Source: Candidatus Hadarchaeota archaeon
Lineage (GTDB): Archaea > Hadarchaeota > Hadarchaeia > Hadarchaeales > Hadarchaeaceae
DNA length: 32,000 bases
Direction of reading: 5' to 3'
Assembly (NCBI GenBank): GCA_964514965.1
Contig: CAZETV010000001.1
Span: 330,001-362,000 of the forward strand
The notes beneath the pieces were generated by a model, which searched no databases, had not been told where the DNA came from, and saw only the letters and a program-made list of their open reading frames with translations. The position numbers were made by a program, and so were the translations under genes. Below are positions 31,862 to 32,000 of this stretch, piece after piece; the first letter of the stretch is position 1; each line of letters begins with the position of its first letter.

Positions 31862-32000
31862 TATTCCCGCCGTGGCTTTGAGTGAAGGTTGTTTATATGG
31901 GGAAAATGTGGGGAGCCGATTTAACCAACATTATCTCAAAAATGATAACTTGGGTTAATCGAGTCAACTACCCCCATGAATGCTATTAGATTTCTTACCC

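Noticed and set aside
1-32000. tRNA, rRNA and CRISPR arrays
   Set aside because: I found no cloverleaf-compatible segments, rRNA-like conserved blocks or regularly spaced repeats in the intergenic regions by eye. tRNAscan-SE, Infernal and a CRISPR finder would be needed to exclude them formally.

Overview
This looks like an archaeal chromosome segment. RadA, RPA, RFC small subunit, aIF5A and a Nog1-type GTPase are present, and a class II HMG-CoA reductase plus a Thermoplasma-like aIF5A hint at a Thermoplasmata-related euryarchaeon (inference only). Positions 1-16.2 kb hold GC-rich core housekeeping genes (about 32/60 GC in a hand-counted sample at 8041-8100): PRC-barrel protein, metallophosphoesterase, HAD phosphatase, radA, a five-OB RPA, HMG-CoA reductase, ileS, a BlaI-like regulator overlapping rfcS, type IA topoisomerase, Nog1 GTPase, aIF5A, a pyrimidine-dimer glycosylase family protein and a MarC membrane protein. 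From about 16.2 kb to at least 31.9 kb the composition drops sharply (20/60 GC at 19021-19080) and the content becomes a defence island with no integrase or transposase in the window. The island has two modules. (1) A plus-strand four-gene McrBC-like module: two unknown genes, a McrB-family AAA+ protein with a roughly 415-aa uncharacterised N-terminal extension, and a McrC-like PD-(D/E)xK partner. (2) A minus-strand, tightly packed Type I R-M operon (hsdM, hsdS, hsdR) interrupted by three non-R-M genes: a DUF3800 protein, a TIR-like/glycine-zipper/zinc-ribbon protein and a HEPN protein. It is flanked by a RadC-like JAB protein and a DUF45/M48 metallopeptidase. This interrupted hsd operon is the best candidate for an undescribed composite system, by analogy with prrC inside the EcoprrI hsd locus. 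Other notable points: a decayed in-frame copy of the topA 5' coding region sits at the island boundary; hsdS has two TRDs that are 128/158 identical, joined by a GC-rich central segment; a GC-rich zinc-ribbon micro-gene separates the two low-GC modules; and the aIF5A hypusine loop is divergent. I recognised no rRNA, tRNA or CRISPR array by eye.
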